Notes under the pieces: generated by a model
What the model saw: only the letters and a program-made list of their open reading frames with translations
Told to the model about the DNA's origin: nothing
Databases searched by the model: none
Part shown: positions 40,782-54,030 of the stretch, piece by piece
How positions within the stretch are numbered: the stretch's first letter is position 1
Layout of the letters: each line of letters opens with the position of its first letter
Translations under genes and position numbers: made by a program
DNA from: Haliotis rufescens
Lineage: Eukaryota
DNA: 64,000 nucleotides
Reading direction: 5' to 3'
Assembly: GCF_023055435.1 (NCBI RefSeq)
Contig: NW_025963802.1
Span: 7,998,001-8,062,000 of the forward strand

Positions 40782-43427
40782 TCAATGATGTTTCCAGGGG
40801 AAAAAACCATGATTTACATGTCTTAGATATTTGGTATAGAACGGTTCAAGTTTTGGAATTAATGAGTACTGACAGAAATCTTTATCAACACTGACCTTTT
40901 CTACAAACATGTTACAGAATGTGTAAACAACAAAATAGCAAAATTGACGCCTTGCTAAGTACATCTGTCCCTGTACCTGGCAGTAGTAGTGACTACTGGG
41001 ATTTAAACAAATCTGATTGTTTACATTGTAATGAAGATATGGACAATTTTTACCAGGTTTAATGTGATCATTCCTTCCAGCATATGGACATTTCACCTCA
41101 ACCAAGTTATCAGCATCAATAATGGCATCTGGCCTAGCACCCAGATAGGGTTCAGAACAGGAAACAAATAGACCTGCTTTTTTTGTTTTGATATTGTACA
41201 TGGACTCAAATTTTGAAAGTGCTCTTTTCTCATACTGCTTTCCAAGAATTACAGGCTTACATGATAATATTTTTGTGGACAATTGATTTACATAACTTCT
41301 CCTTATTTCTTCGGTTGGTCCTTTTGGTCACTTCACCAAACCTTGAGGCTGTGAGGTGCCACTTTCTTTCTGTGTGCCACACTGGGTTCAGGGACTGGTC
41401 TTGCATTGCTGCCTCAATATCTTTCGCAGATTCCTCAGTTACCTGTAAAGAAAAACAAAAGTCAAGACATAAAAGAGATGTCCCAAACAATATTTTTTCA
41501 CATAGTTTGTTTTACATGTCAGTAATCTGAAAAATTCCTAATATACAAGTCTATTTTTCTTTTACAAGGGAACTAATCTGCTTGATCATGATTAGGCATT
41601 TTCAAAATTAGTTAATTGCATTTTACAAATGACTCATTAACACACAACCCCAAACAGTAAGATGTTGCTATGTTTCCTCACAAGCTATGATTTTAACTGT
41701 GTATTACAAAGATCAAATCTGAAAGACTTTAGGTTTTACAGAAATTTACATGTACATGTATTATACAGCAGAATTTCCAGTGTTGTGTACCTTCAGTGCC
41801 ATGTCAACCATGTACTCTGTAAATGGCTATTTAAGGTGTGATAAGGTATTTAGTGATGGTCCTCAGCAGCTGTCTGGACATCAGCCTTTGGGTGAAGATA
41901 TCTTAGGGCGATATTATGAGATGACTTTGAGCAGTAGTTTGTTATCATGTTGCGCACATGATCATTATAGCCACTCATCTGTCTGTATTTATGTGGCCTT
42001 AGATCTTCCAGCATATGCTGAGACCATTTTCTTTTTGATGGCAGTTCTTCAGCTGTTACGGGTGATCCTGAATACAATATTTTGATACTACATTGCCATA
42101 ATAATCCTGTTCAAAACAACACTTATACAAATATTTAAAACCTTTTTCCACTCCAATATCCAACACGTAAGTATTTAGTCATATACAGTTTCTCTTTTAT
42201 ATACAAAATCATAAACCATCATAACTTTTCTAAGGCATTTAGATATATATATAATGAGGAACCCCCCTTAACCTCATAATAAAGAAGTTGATATCCATAT
42301 ATGCTCTTCCTCATCATAACATTGTAGTTGAGTCCCAGGTATGATATTTCCTTGGCTGTAATATGACCTACCTTTGTACGATTTTTTGGGCTTGTGGAAC
42401 AACTGCAAGTTTCCCGTACAGCTCTTTCCAACTTGCACTCTGCCAGTTGAGATGAAATGCTCCAACATCAACAGCACCGCAGCGATGTGCTTACAGGTTG
42501 AATGTGGTCCTTTCCCTGCAGGACACTCTCAGTGGGAGTTGACTGGCTCCCCGGTCTTCTCTATCTTCAGCTTGTAATTGTATGTGACCTAGGATAGAAT
42601 GAGTGAGTACGTATGGTTATGCACCAGTTTTAGCAATATTCCAGCTCTTTCACAGCTAGAGACACTAGAAATGGGCTTCACACATTGAACCCTTTTAGGG
42701 AATCGAACCTGGCCCTTCAGCAAGACAAGTAAACACTTAGACCACTAGGCTACCACCATTAACCCAAGCATAGAAGTCATGCATAAAATGTAATGTATGT
42801 GCAATTAATTTCCCATTAATAAATTCGCTTTCAATCAGTTTGGTGTCAAGAAATGTATTTTGGATTAGCATCATCTTTGAGTACAAATTTCATTATAATT
42901 TAAAATGGTTTTCTTTTTTCTTTTCATTTTATGGTGTGTAAATATTTTTCCTTGTTTTTCATAGATGCACTGACGATGCCACTTAAGTATACATCAGTAG
43001 ATGCACGTATATGAACAGTGCATGCCAGCACCCTGTCCCCCTCAAACATCAGAGAACCTTTCTCTATGGCCTTGATATCATGTGCAGCTTGGTTGTCTCC
43101 TGCCATACGGTAGATAAAATAACCCTCAATGGTTTCTTTGGAAATGGGAGGCAGTAGTTGACGATGGGAAGGCATCAGCTGTTGAAATCCTGACATTGGC
43201 CATGATGTATCTCCTGGACGTGGGATGGAGACAGATGGCCCGAAAAAAAATCATCATTTCTGTCATAAGATTCAAGTCTGAAATGAAAATTAAATATATT
43301 TTAACTTGTGCAACTACTATTTCAGATTTGCATTAGTGCATAATATTATAGGAAAATAATTCATATCATTATCACTATGACTAATATATCTCATAAATGA
43401 CATGCATCAATCATGAATAAGCAATGA

Positions 43428-43475
<48 letters not shown>

Positions 43476-44464
43476 AGAGTGTGAGAGAAAATATATTCTC
43501 ACCCCTTCCCTCCTTTAATTTCTTTTTTGGGGGAAAATATTTTCATTTTGACAAGGACATTGACATTAAAGCAAACTTTCCTGTTTTATAAAATACCTAG
43601 AGAAAAAAAAGGTTATTGTTAATGTGACATAGACTCGACAAGTTTCAGTAATCATTTCATGGACACAGAAATGTTATTAAGCACTGCACTGTACACCTAT
43701 CATAAGTCATTCAGAATTTTGATGCCCCTATCATGACGAAAAGGAAGAGTAAAATTTTGATATAACACTATAATTTGACAAACATCTATATTTTGTGAAT
43801 ACAACAGGTTTCAAAGTTGTATAATCCTTCTGGGTTTTAATGTCGACTTGCAAGAATTATGGGAAAATCTTCCGCCCGAAACCCCCATCCTAAAGTAATA
43901 TGTCCAATGCATTGACGCTCAATCCTTTTAATTTTTTTTAAAACAAATCTTGGCGGATACGGGCGGAAGTCGTACCAGTCTTCCTGACTGCTGATCATGT
44001 TCATAAAAAGCCCCGCTAAACTACAAAAGCAATCGGGTGTTCGAAAACAGGTGACGTCTCTGGAGTGCGGTGAATGTTAACAGACGACGCAACGGAGACT
44101 GCGCCTTTTATCGAGGATTTACATAATCTGAGACCGGGAGCCACAGTTGGTACTTTGGTTATGGGTAACTATACAGTAGGTCATGGTTTCATGGAAGGCA
44201 ACAACTGAAATATATCGATAGTTGATTTTGTCAGTCACAGTAGGCCTGACAGTTACAGATATGGCGCTTATTTGACAGGCAAGAAAAGGGCCTAGTAGAA
44301 ATTGCGGTGCATATCGCAGATTATGAATGTAAGCATACTTGGGTTACATAATAAGTTACATACCTCTCAATCAGTTCAAGTTTCCTTCCAGCTGTCGAAG
44401 CTTTTCGTTGAAAGAGCGCACATTTGAGTTTTGGCACGGACCATAGCAGGTACTGGCTGGTCAT
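40782..44464 (-). pseudogene. Spliced SAP-like + SWIM zinc finger + YqaJ (lambda-exonuclease-like) gene of the transposon, with stop and frameshifts
   Basis: Exon 1 (44464-44364) reads MTSQYLLWSVPKLKCALFQRKASTAGRKLELIER. Later segments: *ECPAGKGPHSTCKHIAAVL (SWIM); WHTERKWHLTASRFG..GKQYE..LGARPDA..VEVKCPY..YYCQVQGQM (YqaJ). Confidence 0.85.
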
Positions 44465-44601
44465 GTTTACATAAACTTGGCTACGGCTCTACTTGAAATT
44501 CGCGCTAAACGATTCGCAGCACATTCTAATTGCGGAACCGTTACAGAGTATGACCACTAGTACACGCACGCCCCTGGCGGATAAGTACGGCGGTACTCCC
44601 C

Positions 44602-46075
44602 ATTAGCAGAATATCTGCAGAGTGGAAATGGATATCGTTTCATGGGTAGCAAACCGACTATTTCAGTTTCATGCGGGTCCAACCGGCTCATTCCATTACC
44701 TCCAGCGATATGACTCTTTGGGTTTGAGCCGTGTCGTTGTTTTTTCTATGCCAAATCCACTTTTAGAAGAAGAAAAAAGAATCGCATAAAGAAGGATGAA
44801 TATTCAAACGTGCACGTTGTGTTTTAATTCACGTAACTGAGCAGGCATGGTGGAAGCGATGATATCGGAAGAGTAACGAAGGTTCCACCCGCTGGGAAGG
44901 AGCTTGTTTTCGGATGAAGATCAAAGGGAGACAACTCAGTAAACGATTTCATACACTCATACAGTGTTTTGTAATTAGCAGAATACCTGCAGAGTGGAAA
45001 TAGATGTCGTTTCATGCGTAGCACACCGACTATTTCAGTTTCATGCGGGTCCAACCGGCTTATTCCATTACCTCCATACTACAGCGATATGACTCCTTTG
45101 GGTTTGAGCCGTGCCGTTGATGGTCAAAGGGAAGTAACTATAAATTCTGTTTTCATTTGCCAAACTGTCTTACCTCCCTTGGGGGCAAGGGACGTAACTC
45201 TTGATTTGATGTGCGTTATTATCTCCCTTTGATCAGGGAACACACCGTGTTTGAAGTTTTAAGCGAGACACTGTACGGAGTTTAGGCAAGGGAGTTAACT
45301 CTTGTACAAACACGATTACCTCCCTTTGACCACAAACAAAACCACTGCCGCCTCCTTTATGCTGTTTGTTTTCGATGTCAAGTCCATGTTTAGAAGAAAC
45401 CAGAATCGCATAAAGGAGGATGAATATGCAATCGTGAACGTTTTGATACACGTAACTGAACCATCTTAGTGGCAGCGATGGTATTGGAAGAGTAACGAAG
45501 ATTCCATCCGCTTGGAAGGAACTTGTTTTCGGATGAGGATCAAAGGGAGACAACTCAGTAAACGATTTCATACACTCATACAGTGTTTTGTAATTAGCAG
45601 AATACCTGCAGAGTGGAAATAGATGTCGTTTCATGGGTAGCACACCGACTATTTCAGTTTCATGCGGGTCCAACCGGCTTATTCCATTAACCATACTACA
45701 GCGATATGACTCCTTTGGGTTTGAGCCGTGCCGTTGATGGTCAAAGGGAAGTAACTATAAATCCTGTTTTCATTTGCCAAACAGTCTTACCTCCCTTGGA
45801 GGCAAGGGACGTAACTCTTGATTTGCTGTGCGGTATTATCTCCCTTTGATCAGGGGAACAAACCGTGTGTGAAGTTTTAAGTGAGACACTGTACGGAGTT
45901 TAGGCAAGGGAGTTAACTCTTGTACAAACACGATTACCTCCCTTTGACCACAAACAACACCACTACCGCCTCCTTTGCGCTGTTTGTTTTCGATGTCAAG
46001 TCCATGTTTAGAAGAAACCAGAATAGCATAAAGGAGGAAGAACGTTGAGTTTTCATTCACATAACTGAACCAGCT
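44602..46075. repeat. About 620-bp tandem repeat array, right part
   Basis: Same unit as 35350-36906; period 619 bp (44978 to 45597). Confidence 0.9.
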
Positions 46076-46536
46076 TGGCAGAGCTTCTATCCCAATTAAG
46101 TGTTGAAGCTCAGGGCATGAGATCAAGAGTCCAGTGGAATTCATGGGACGTGGGGTCGAACTCCGTCAAAAGCTTATACTTTTTTTTGTAGTTTGCCACC
46201 TAGGAAAAGCTATACCCATACAGGAAGAAAGGAAAATATTACATATCCCATTCAATTGTTATTTACCTGTGTATGCAAGTGTTCATAGTCTCAAATGCAT
46301 CACCGCTAAAGACTGTTTTCTCTTTTACCTTATTATCAGCATTGCAGTTTGGATTTGGACTTGAGAGCTTAGTTTTACACATATTGACACTCAAGCTCTA
46401 TGCATGAGAGTTGGTTACACGCACGGCTTGAAGATCCGGGGTAGAATAGGTCTTAGAATAGGATCGGATGGTCAGGCTCGCTGACTTGCCTAATGTATGT
46501 CATCGTATCCCAATTGCGTGGATCGATGCTCATCGA

Positions 46537-49500
46537 TAAATCACTAGATTGTCTGGTCCAGACTCGATTATATACAGACCGCCGTAATATAGCTGGAATA
46601 TTGCTGAGTGCGGCGTTAAACTACAAACAACAACATGCACAACATTAATTACTGAAGCCGAAGGGTGTATGGACGTAAGACATTATAACTGTGACAGGTT
46701 CTGTGAATATAGCATCGTGGTGTTCATGATAAAATGATGGCCAAACTCATAAAATATATAACTGAAAGATTAAACGAATAAACTCATTTGTCTCATTATT
46801 ATTTGAGCCGTGAAGATCCGCGAAAGGAATAGGTCTTCAGCAACCCATGCTTGCCGTAAGAGTCGCCTATGCTTGTCGTAAGAGGCGACTAACGGGATCG
46901 GGTGGTCAGGCCCGCTGACTTGGTTGATGCATGTCATCGAATGTCAATTGTCTGGATCGATGCTCATGATATCAGTCACTGGATTGTCTGGTCCAGACTC
47001 GATTATTTACAGACCGCCATCATATAACTTGGCTATTTCTGAGTGCGGTGTCAAACAACAAAGAAACAAAAGCTAATGTCGATATGTATTGAGGCGATTG
47101 ATCAATACACAATTTCATGATCAATTCGTGTTTGCATTCCATTCAATGCTTGTTTTAATACTGTAGCTGTAATACCGGGTAACACACCATACGGTCCTTG
47201 TTTATAGTTACGGACAGAGAAAGTAGATCTATATGTTTTCTGTCACAAATGAAGAAAAAATACATTGTTTGAATCAAACCCCAGACTCGTCTTCACTCAA
47301 CGTTATCACCTTGTCTGGTTACAGTGGATGTTGCATCTATGATCATGATTAACGTAGTAGATAACGTACTTTGACCTAGTCCAGATCAAAATCCGGTATC
47401 AATAACAGTCAACGATAAATAGCGTGACGTACGTCCGCCCAGCGTGTTTGTGCCAGGTTAACAACTCCACGGTGTGGGGTCGGTATATATATATATACTT
47501 GTACACACCAGCCTACTTGGCGATATATTCAAGTACTATTGATGAGGACCGGTCGCATTACGAAACTACGGTGTCTTGAACTTCCAGCTGACACAGGCTA
47601 CGGTCGACAGACGGAATGGGGCAATATATTAGTATGCTGCCATGGCTAAGGAAGGAAGTGGTAGTTCTCATGCATGGCACGTATATAGTACTTATTACCT
47701 TCAAGATAGTCATCGAGTCGTATTTAAAGACTGGAAGACCAAAAGTAACACGTGACCTGAATACGTCATATATTAGATTTAATATAATAATTAATTGGCC
47801 TACCTAGTTAGATCTGTGTCTTTGAAAGATTGAGCATGGGTTTATCTTTTATCCATATTCTTTTATTTTTCAAACGATAACCGCTCCGTTTAAAAAAGAA
47901 GTGACATATTTTATTTTCCAATTTCCGCATGATCACAATTTCACGCAAAAAAATGTTTAAAACTCAGATTTTACAGCCAGGTCTTGAGGAACAGAAAAAC
48001 GTTAATTAATCCACGAACAATGTTAAAAGGAATCCTATTTAGTTAGTTAAGGGACTGTAGCGTGTTCCATAATTATAAAGTAAACAATGTACCATCTTGG
48101 TCTTTCTGCTGATTTGAGTTTGAATTGCAGTGCGTGACGTTTAAAGGTATTCTACAAAGGTTTACAATTACGTACACCATTCAGACCAGTGTTTTTTAAC
48201 CAGGCCGACTTACTTAAACTTCCTTGTTTTTTACTATTGAAATAGCAGTTAGCTTATGACCTTTCATTAAAACTCTGTTTATTTCACCCGACTGATAATT
48301 ACTGCTTTAAGCAATCATTATAGCAACGATATTATATTATTGATAATTATTGTTTAACGCCGCTCTCAGCAATATTCCAGCCATATGACGGCGGTCTGTA
48401 AATAATCGAGTCTGAACCAGACAATCCAGTGATTGATCGATGAGCATCGATCCACGTAATTGCGATAGGATGACATGCATCAACCAAGTCAGCGAGACTG
48501 ACTACCCGATCCCATTAGTTGCCTTTTACGCCAAGCATAGTCACCTTTTAGGGCAAGCATGGGTTGCTTAAGACCTATTCTACCCTAGATTTTCACGGGT
48601 CTATATATTGATTACAAAAGCAGAAAATTAATGGTAAATTATGGTAATGGTTCTTGTTTTAATCTATTTTTAATGTTTCTTGAAAGAAAATGGAAAACTA
48701 CACACGGGAAATTCAGAATGACAACCCCTTTGTACAAATGCATATACATATTATCACATTACATGTATATTATAAAGATATCATTATATCATACAAATAA
48801 CCAAACGAACTTAATGTGATCATGGTCGCTTTATCCAGTCACATGTGTCCTTATATTTCAGGGCTTGATAATGCAGGGAAATCCACGCTGTGTTACCTGC
48901 TAACATCACGACTTCACGGCACACCGCCAACCCGCTGTGAGTAGGACCCTGCAATACAATGTATTTAAATGATAAATTATAAGTCTGCATTTCACTGGGG
49001 TCAGTTTAACTCTCCAAGTATACATCGAAAGAAATATGGGGCGGTTGGGTAGCCTAGTGGTTAAAAGTGTTTGCTCGTCATGCCGAAGACCCAGGTTCGA
49101 TTCCCCACATGGGTACAATGTGTGAAGCCCATTTCTGGTGTCCTCCGCCGTGATGTTGCTGGAATATTGCTAAAAGAGGCGTGAAACCACTCATCACTCA
49201 CTCACTCACTCACTCACTCACTCACTCACTCACTCACTCGAAAGAAATATTAATCTGTGAATGCCAATAAACTCACGCCAGCTTCTACAAATATAAAACT
49301 CGTGTTTTTTCGTTCATTTATATTTCACCTCATTTGTTATGTATTAACTGTATAGAACAATTCGTGTTGTGTGATGTTAATGTAGTACATACCGAAATGT
49401 GTTTGATGTTTTACGCCCCACTCAGCACTATTCCTGCTCTATGACGGCGGCCTGTAATTAATCGAGTCTGGACCAGACAATCCTGTGATTGATATCATGG

Positions 49501-49950
49501 GTATCAATCTACACTTGGGATATGATGAGTTGCATCACCCGACCATCCGATCCGTGAGTCGGGTTGCTGAAGACGACTCAAGCCCGGATCTTCACGGGTT
49601 AGATAACTGACTTATGCATCGTTTGTCGTGACTGTATGCCATGCCAGTAATAACGATGGTTTATGTTTCAGATGATGCCAAAAAGACATTAGTCTACAAC
49701 AACATCAAGTTGACACTGATTGACGGGGGGCAGAGAAGGCGTGGGGTGAGTTATGTCACATGGTTTAAGATCAACTACTCAAATAACACAGCAACACAAA
49801 TAAGCTTTGGAATTACATAAAATGTAACGGACTAAAACGGCTAGGTTCGGGATGTTTCAGTATTGCTGTACTTATACGTCGACACAATGTGTGATCTACA
49901 TTAATTTTTCAGGTCGCCTTTTAAGACAAGCAAAGCATATGACTTATTCT
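46537..49950 (+). repeat. Segmental duplication copy 1 (matches 60618-64000)
   Basis: Near-identical collinear sequence including introns and shared SINE insertions, offset about 14.08 kb. Confidence 0.95.
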
Positions 49951-51048
49951 GACCAAGAATCCATTTGATTGCCATTGGTCCTTTGCGAGTGCCTGACCGT
50001 GTGTGTTTGGTGTCCTGATGATGCTTGTTGGTATGTCGCCATCAAGTCTACGTTTGTTGTTTTCACCAAAGCGGTAAACGTCTAAGAGTTCATCGCGTCG
50101 GACATTCGTCGGACATCAAGCTGACGCATGCGCTGAAATACTATTCAACGTTGCTTTGAAACAAATAACCCCACTCCCAAGTTAGGCCTAGACACTGTAA
50201 TGCATAATGGTAGTAGCCTGTGACGGCTGGAGAGCAGCGCCCCGCCGCATCAGGCCGCTGTTCATGAGATGATTGTCCCCCATCCCCAGTATCCCCGGCA
50301 CAACTACAAACACATCGACGTCGTCCTGTTCATGGTAGACAGCAACGACCGGGACCGTATACAGGAGGCCCAGGACGAACTGAGACTTGACGCTCAGGAT
50401 GCAGCACTCAAGAACACCCCCTTCCTTGTCCTCGCCAACAAGCAGGACCTGCCGGCCGCCCTGACAGCACCAGAGGTTGCCGAGGCAATGGACTTCCAGG
50501 AAATACTCAAAGCTCACAGTAAGTTGCAGATAAAATTATTCTTATACTGTTTTCTTTCTTTTCCATCATGTTGTTTGTTTGTTGTTTAACGCCGCACTCA
50601 TAATAAACATTATTAACGTAAACATTGTCGCCGTCAGAGTACACATGGAACCACAAAGAGAGTTCGCTATATTCGTTATTTCGTCATAAGCGTGTTCGTT
50701 ATATCCATCAATTCTTTTAGATAAAATAGACAGCAAATGGCCGGGACAAAATCCTGTTCGTTATATCCGTCAATTCGTTGTAAGCGTCTTCGTTATAAAC
50801 GTAGTTTACTTTACATGCTTCCAGGGGCCAACATTATAGGATGCAGCATTCTCTCAAGGTCAGGCATTAAAGACGCCTTGGATTGGCTGACACAAGAATT
50901 CCAGAGTCCCTGTAAAGGCTCGAAAGCTTCCCCTTACAAGGAAGAGATCGATGAAGCCATAGTTGGGAAACGCGAGGCTTGGTCCATTTTTACCTACATA
51001 AGAGACATATTTGAATATTTGAAAAGATACCTACCTAAATTGAAATGA
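47616..51048 (+). CDS. Divergent Arf-like protein 4 (possible pseudo-GTPase), 220 aa; exons 47616-47676, 48862-48936, 49672-49745, 50290-50518, 50825-51048; intron 1 has a GC donor
   Basis: MGQYISMLPWLRKEVVVLMHGLDNAGKSTLCY..HGTPPTRYDAKKTLVYNNIKLTLIDGGQRRRGYPRHNY..ANKQD..CSILSRSG..RYLPKLK. 663 nt, no stop or frameshift, same intron phases as genes 1-3. Confidence 0.8.
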
Positions 51049-51469
51049 TCCAGAGACTATTACATACCCGAAATATTAAACAGACTGTTTGGCCATGGTA
51101 ACACCACCATGTTTGGTTGGTTGGTGTGTTGTTTAACGCCGCTCTCAGCAATATTCCAAGTATATTAGGGCGGTCTGTTAATAATCGAATCTGGACCAGA
51201 CAAACGAGTGATTGACATCTAAGCATCGATTTACGCAATTGGGATACGAGGACATGCAGGAACCATGTCAGCGAGCATGTCCATCCGACCCTGTTAGTCT
51301 CCTCTTACAACAAGCATGGGTTGCTGAAGATAAATTCTAACATGGAATCTTCAGGGGAACACAATACTGAGGTTGGGTGTCATGTTTCGTCACCCTTCAC
51401 ATCTGGCAGACTGATTCCTTGTTAAATTCTTTGGATCAACAAAGTTTCATATTTCCCTCGGACTCATTG

Positions 51470-51810
51470 GATTGTACATTATATGATCGAGTGTTGACAT
51501 CGTGCACAGATTGGATTGCACATTATATGATCGAATGTTGACATCGTGCATAGATTGGATTGTACATTATATGATCGAATGTTGACATGGGTGCACAGAT
51601 CGGATTGTACATTATATGATCGAATGTTGACAAGGGTGCATAGATTGGATTGTACATTATATGATCGAATGTTGAAAAGGGTGCATAGATTGGATTGCAC
51701 ATTATATGATCGAATGTTGACATTGTGCACAGATTGGATTGTACGTTATATGATCGAATGTTGACAAGAGTGCATAGATTGTATTGTACATTATTCGATC
51801 GAATGTTAGT
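51470..51810. repeat. 44-45-bp minisatellite, about 8 units
   Basis: atatgatcga recurs at 51481, 51525, 51569, 51614, 51659, 51704. Confidence 0.93.
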
Positions 51811-52349
51811 GTTGTTTATTTGATTGAATGTTGAAATTGTGTACATACATGTATATCTCATCACTGGAGGTGTGTTTCAAACTTTCACTTAATGTAAATG
51901 TGAATATGTGTGCTTTTTTTGTTTTACGGACATTATCATCATTGCCACATGCTGTGGATGTATTATTTATAACTAATAAATCGCTTAACTTGTAAGTTCT
52001 TGCAACGCCTTTTTAAGTATCCCACAATATCCACATATACGATACAGTGGTTGATCGAGGTTTCTGTTTTACATTTTCCACAGCAATGAAACGGCAGGGG
52101 GACACAAAAATGGACTTCACAAGATTGTACCGGAAACGCTTTTTAATGAATGGGCTATCACACTGCCATTATTTCGCTGACAGAAAGATAGTTTATTATA
52201 GTCTCGCCTTAAAAATAAAGTGCATACGGAACATATTAAAATATACATAATGCGCCATCCCTCATCTTGGGATTGAGATGCTAAATTAAATTTAAATAAT
52301 AATTTAAATTCTCTTAAGAAATTGTTATTTTAATCTGAACATACATCAA

Positions 52350-53250
52350 ATAAAGAGTTTGCAAGATTTTGATATTAGGGGCAACAGTCGTGCAAATGAA
52401 TTCGAGTGGCGTATAGCAGCCTGTGTCTACACGTAGGGGGGCTACCCACGCGTCTGCACATCGACAGCGCTCCCTTGTGACATACTCTCTGTAATAAAGG
52501 CTTCATCCCCATAGTCTGTCTTAAAGGCGCGGTTAACCCGGGAGTTTATTTCCTGTCCTGCCATTTCTGCTATTTTGAGACACTTTATTGTCTCGTTCTA
52601 ATCTTCTTTATACTTCTTGAAAAGGACGTTCTGTACAAAAGATACAATAGTTTAAATCTTGAGTCCGTTGGGACCATCAAATACGTCAGGGAGGTTTATA
52701 GCGTTCAATTTGACACGTATACGTTTGATCCAGTTGTTCTTATTAAATAAAGCTTGTCGTCTAGCCCATCGGAACACATTGTATGTGAGTGTTTGTGTCT
52801 AGGCTATTCAGTCTTGTGTAGACCGAAGAATTTGAATTTGGATATTAATAATCCCTGCTCCCGATTGGCCGAGCTTGCTACTGCTTTAGCCATGCGCGAG
52901 TAATCTAAATGCTCTGTTATCAATAGTAACTGTCAGCAATTTCAAGAAGTATATTTCCACATTAAAGACAGTCTGTCCTTGGTGTTGCCAAACGTCTACA
53001 GGAAAGAACTTTACATTTCTCCTGGTGCACAATGTTTGTTCATATCGCACCAGTTATGAAGACATTCTAAGAAAGCATTTGGGTCTGCTTCATATTTCTG
53101 CTAGAAGTACTGATACGGTTTATAGGCTAATACAGTTCCTCATCGTCGTTCCTCATCCTATATGCAATCCATTTAAAGTAGTAATGCGTTCGTTGAATTT
53201 GTTGCCCTCTTCTCCTATTGAACCACTTAAATTCTCGGTAAGCCTCACAC
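52350..53250 (-). mobile_element. Highly decayed LINE ORF2 fragment (post-RT region)
   Basis: Minus-strand peptides FLECLHNWCDMNK and EHLDYSRMAKAVASSANREQGLLISKFKFFG resemble the thumb region of non-LTR reverse transcriptases. Many stops. Confidence 0.5.
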
Positions 53251-54030
53251 AACGTTTAACACTTGTATATACAGATACAATAGCTTGATACGTTTGTCCA
53301 CACATACCAAGGAGTACTGAGAAAAAAAGATTTGATGTAATTACCGAAATGTATACAAATATTTGAAGAAACAATTATTCATCTGTTTTGCAATAAATGT
53401 AAAATAATCCTGGTGACAGAAGGTTTAAACAGTTACAAAAGGCACATTTTCTAAGAAGAGCCAAGCAAATTTGAATTGCGGCTTGACATAGAAGGACAAT
53501 GATGGAGTCACGTGATCATGACAGCGATCAGAGAATGGTAATGTTACGGAGTGAGTGCCAAGACAGGGGCTGGTACATCACGCCCTGGAAATGTTAAATG
53601 TTTGAAGATCTCTATTGGTCCTATCTACCCTCGTGGGGATGCCGTGTTAGAATAGTCTCCCGGCAGTCGATGCCGGTCGTAAGGGACGATCGGGTGGTCA
53701 GGCTCGGTGACGTGGTTGATTGCATGTCGGCCTACCCCGACGGCGAGGATCGTTGCTCATAACATCAATCACTTGGTTGTCTGACCTAGATCGATTATTT
53801 ACAGGCCGCCGTCATATAGCCGGAATACTGCTGAGTGCGACGTTAAACAACAAACAAACAAAACAAATACATTGACAAAAAGGAAACCGTATTTCGTCCA
53901 ACACACGACCTAGAAATTGTAATAGCCCGGTGTGGATTAGGGGCCCCACCTATGTCTTTACGGCTGTACGAACTGATCACTCAACCTTCTGGTGCTACCT
54001 TCACTTTTCGACATTAAACAGCACTTTACG

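Larger units (their letters stand above)
36907..44601. mobile_element. Decayed ISL2EU-type (PIF/Harbinger-related) DNA transposon with convergent DDE transposase and YqaJ-nuclease genes; left end truncated
   Basis: Interrupts the tandem array. The right end ..gtactcccc|ATtagcag abuts an AT of the host repeat. Both diagnostic ORFs are present. Confidence 0.8.

Noticed and set aside
35461-46144. Repeated ORFs (MDPHETEIVGVL...) as a gene family
   Set aside because: They lie antisense within the 620-bp repeat and their frames break differently in each unit.
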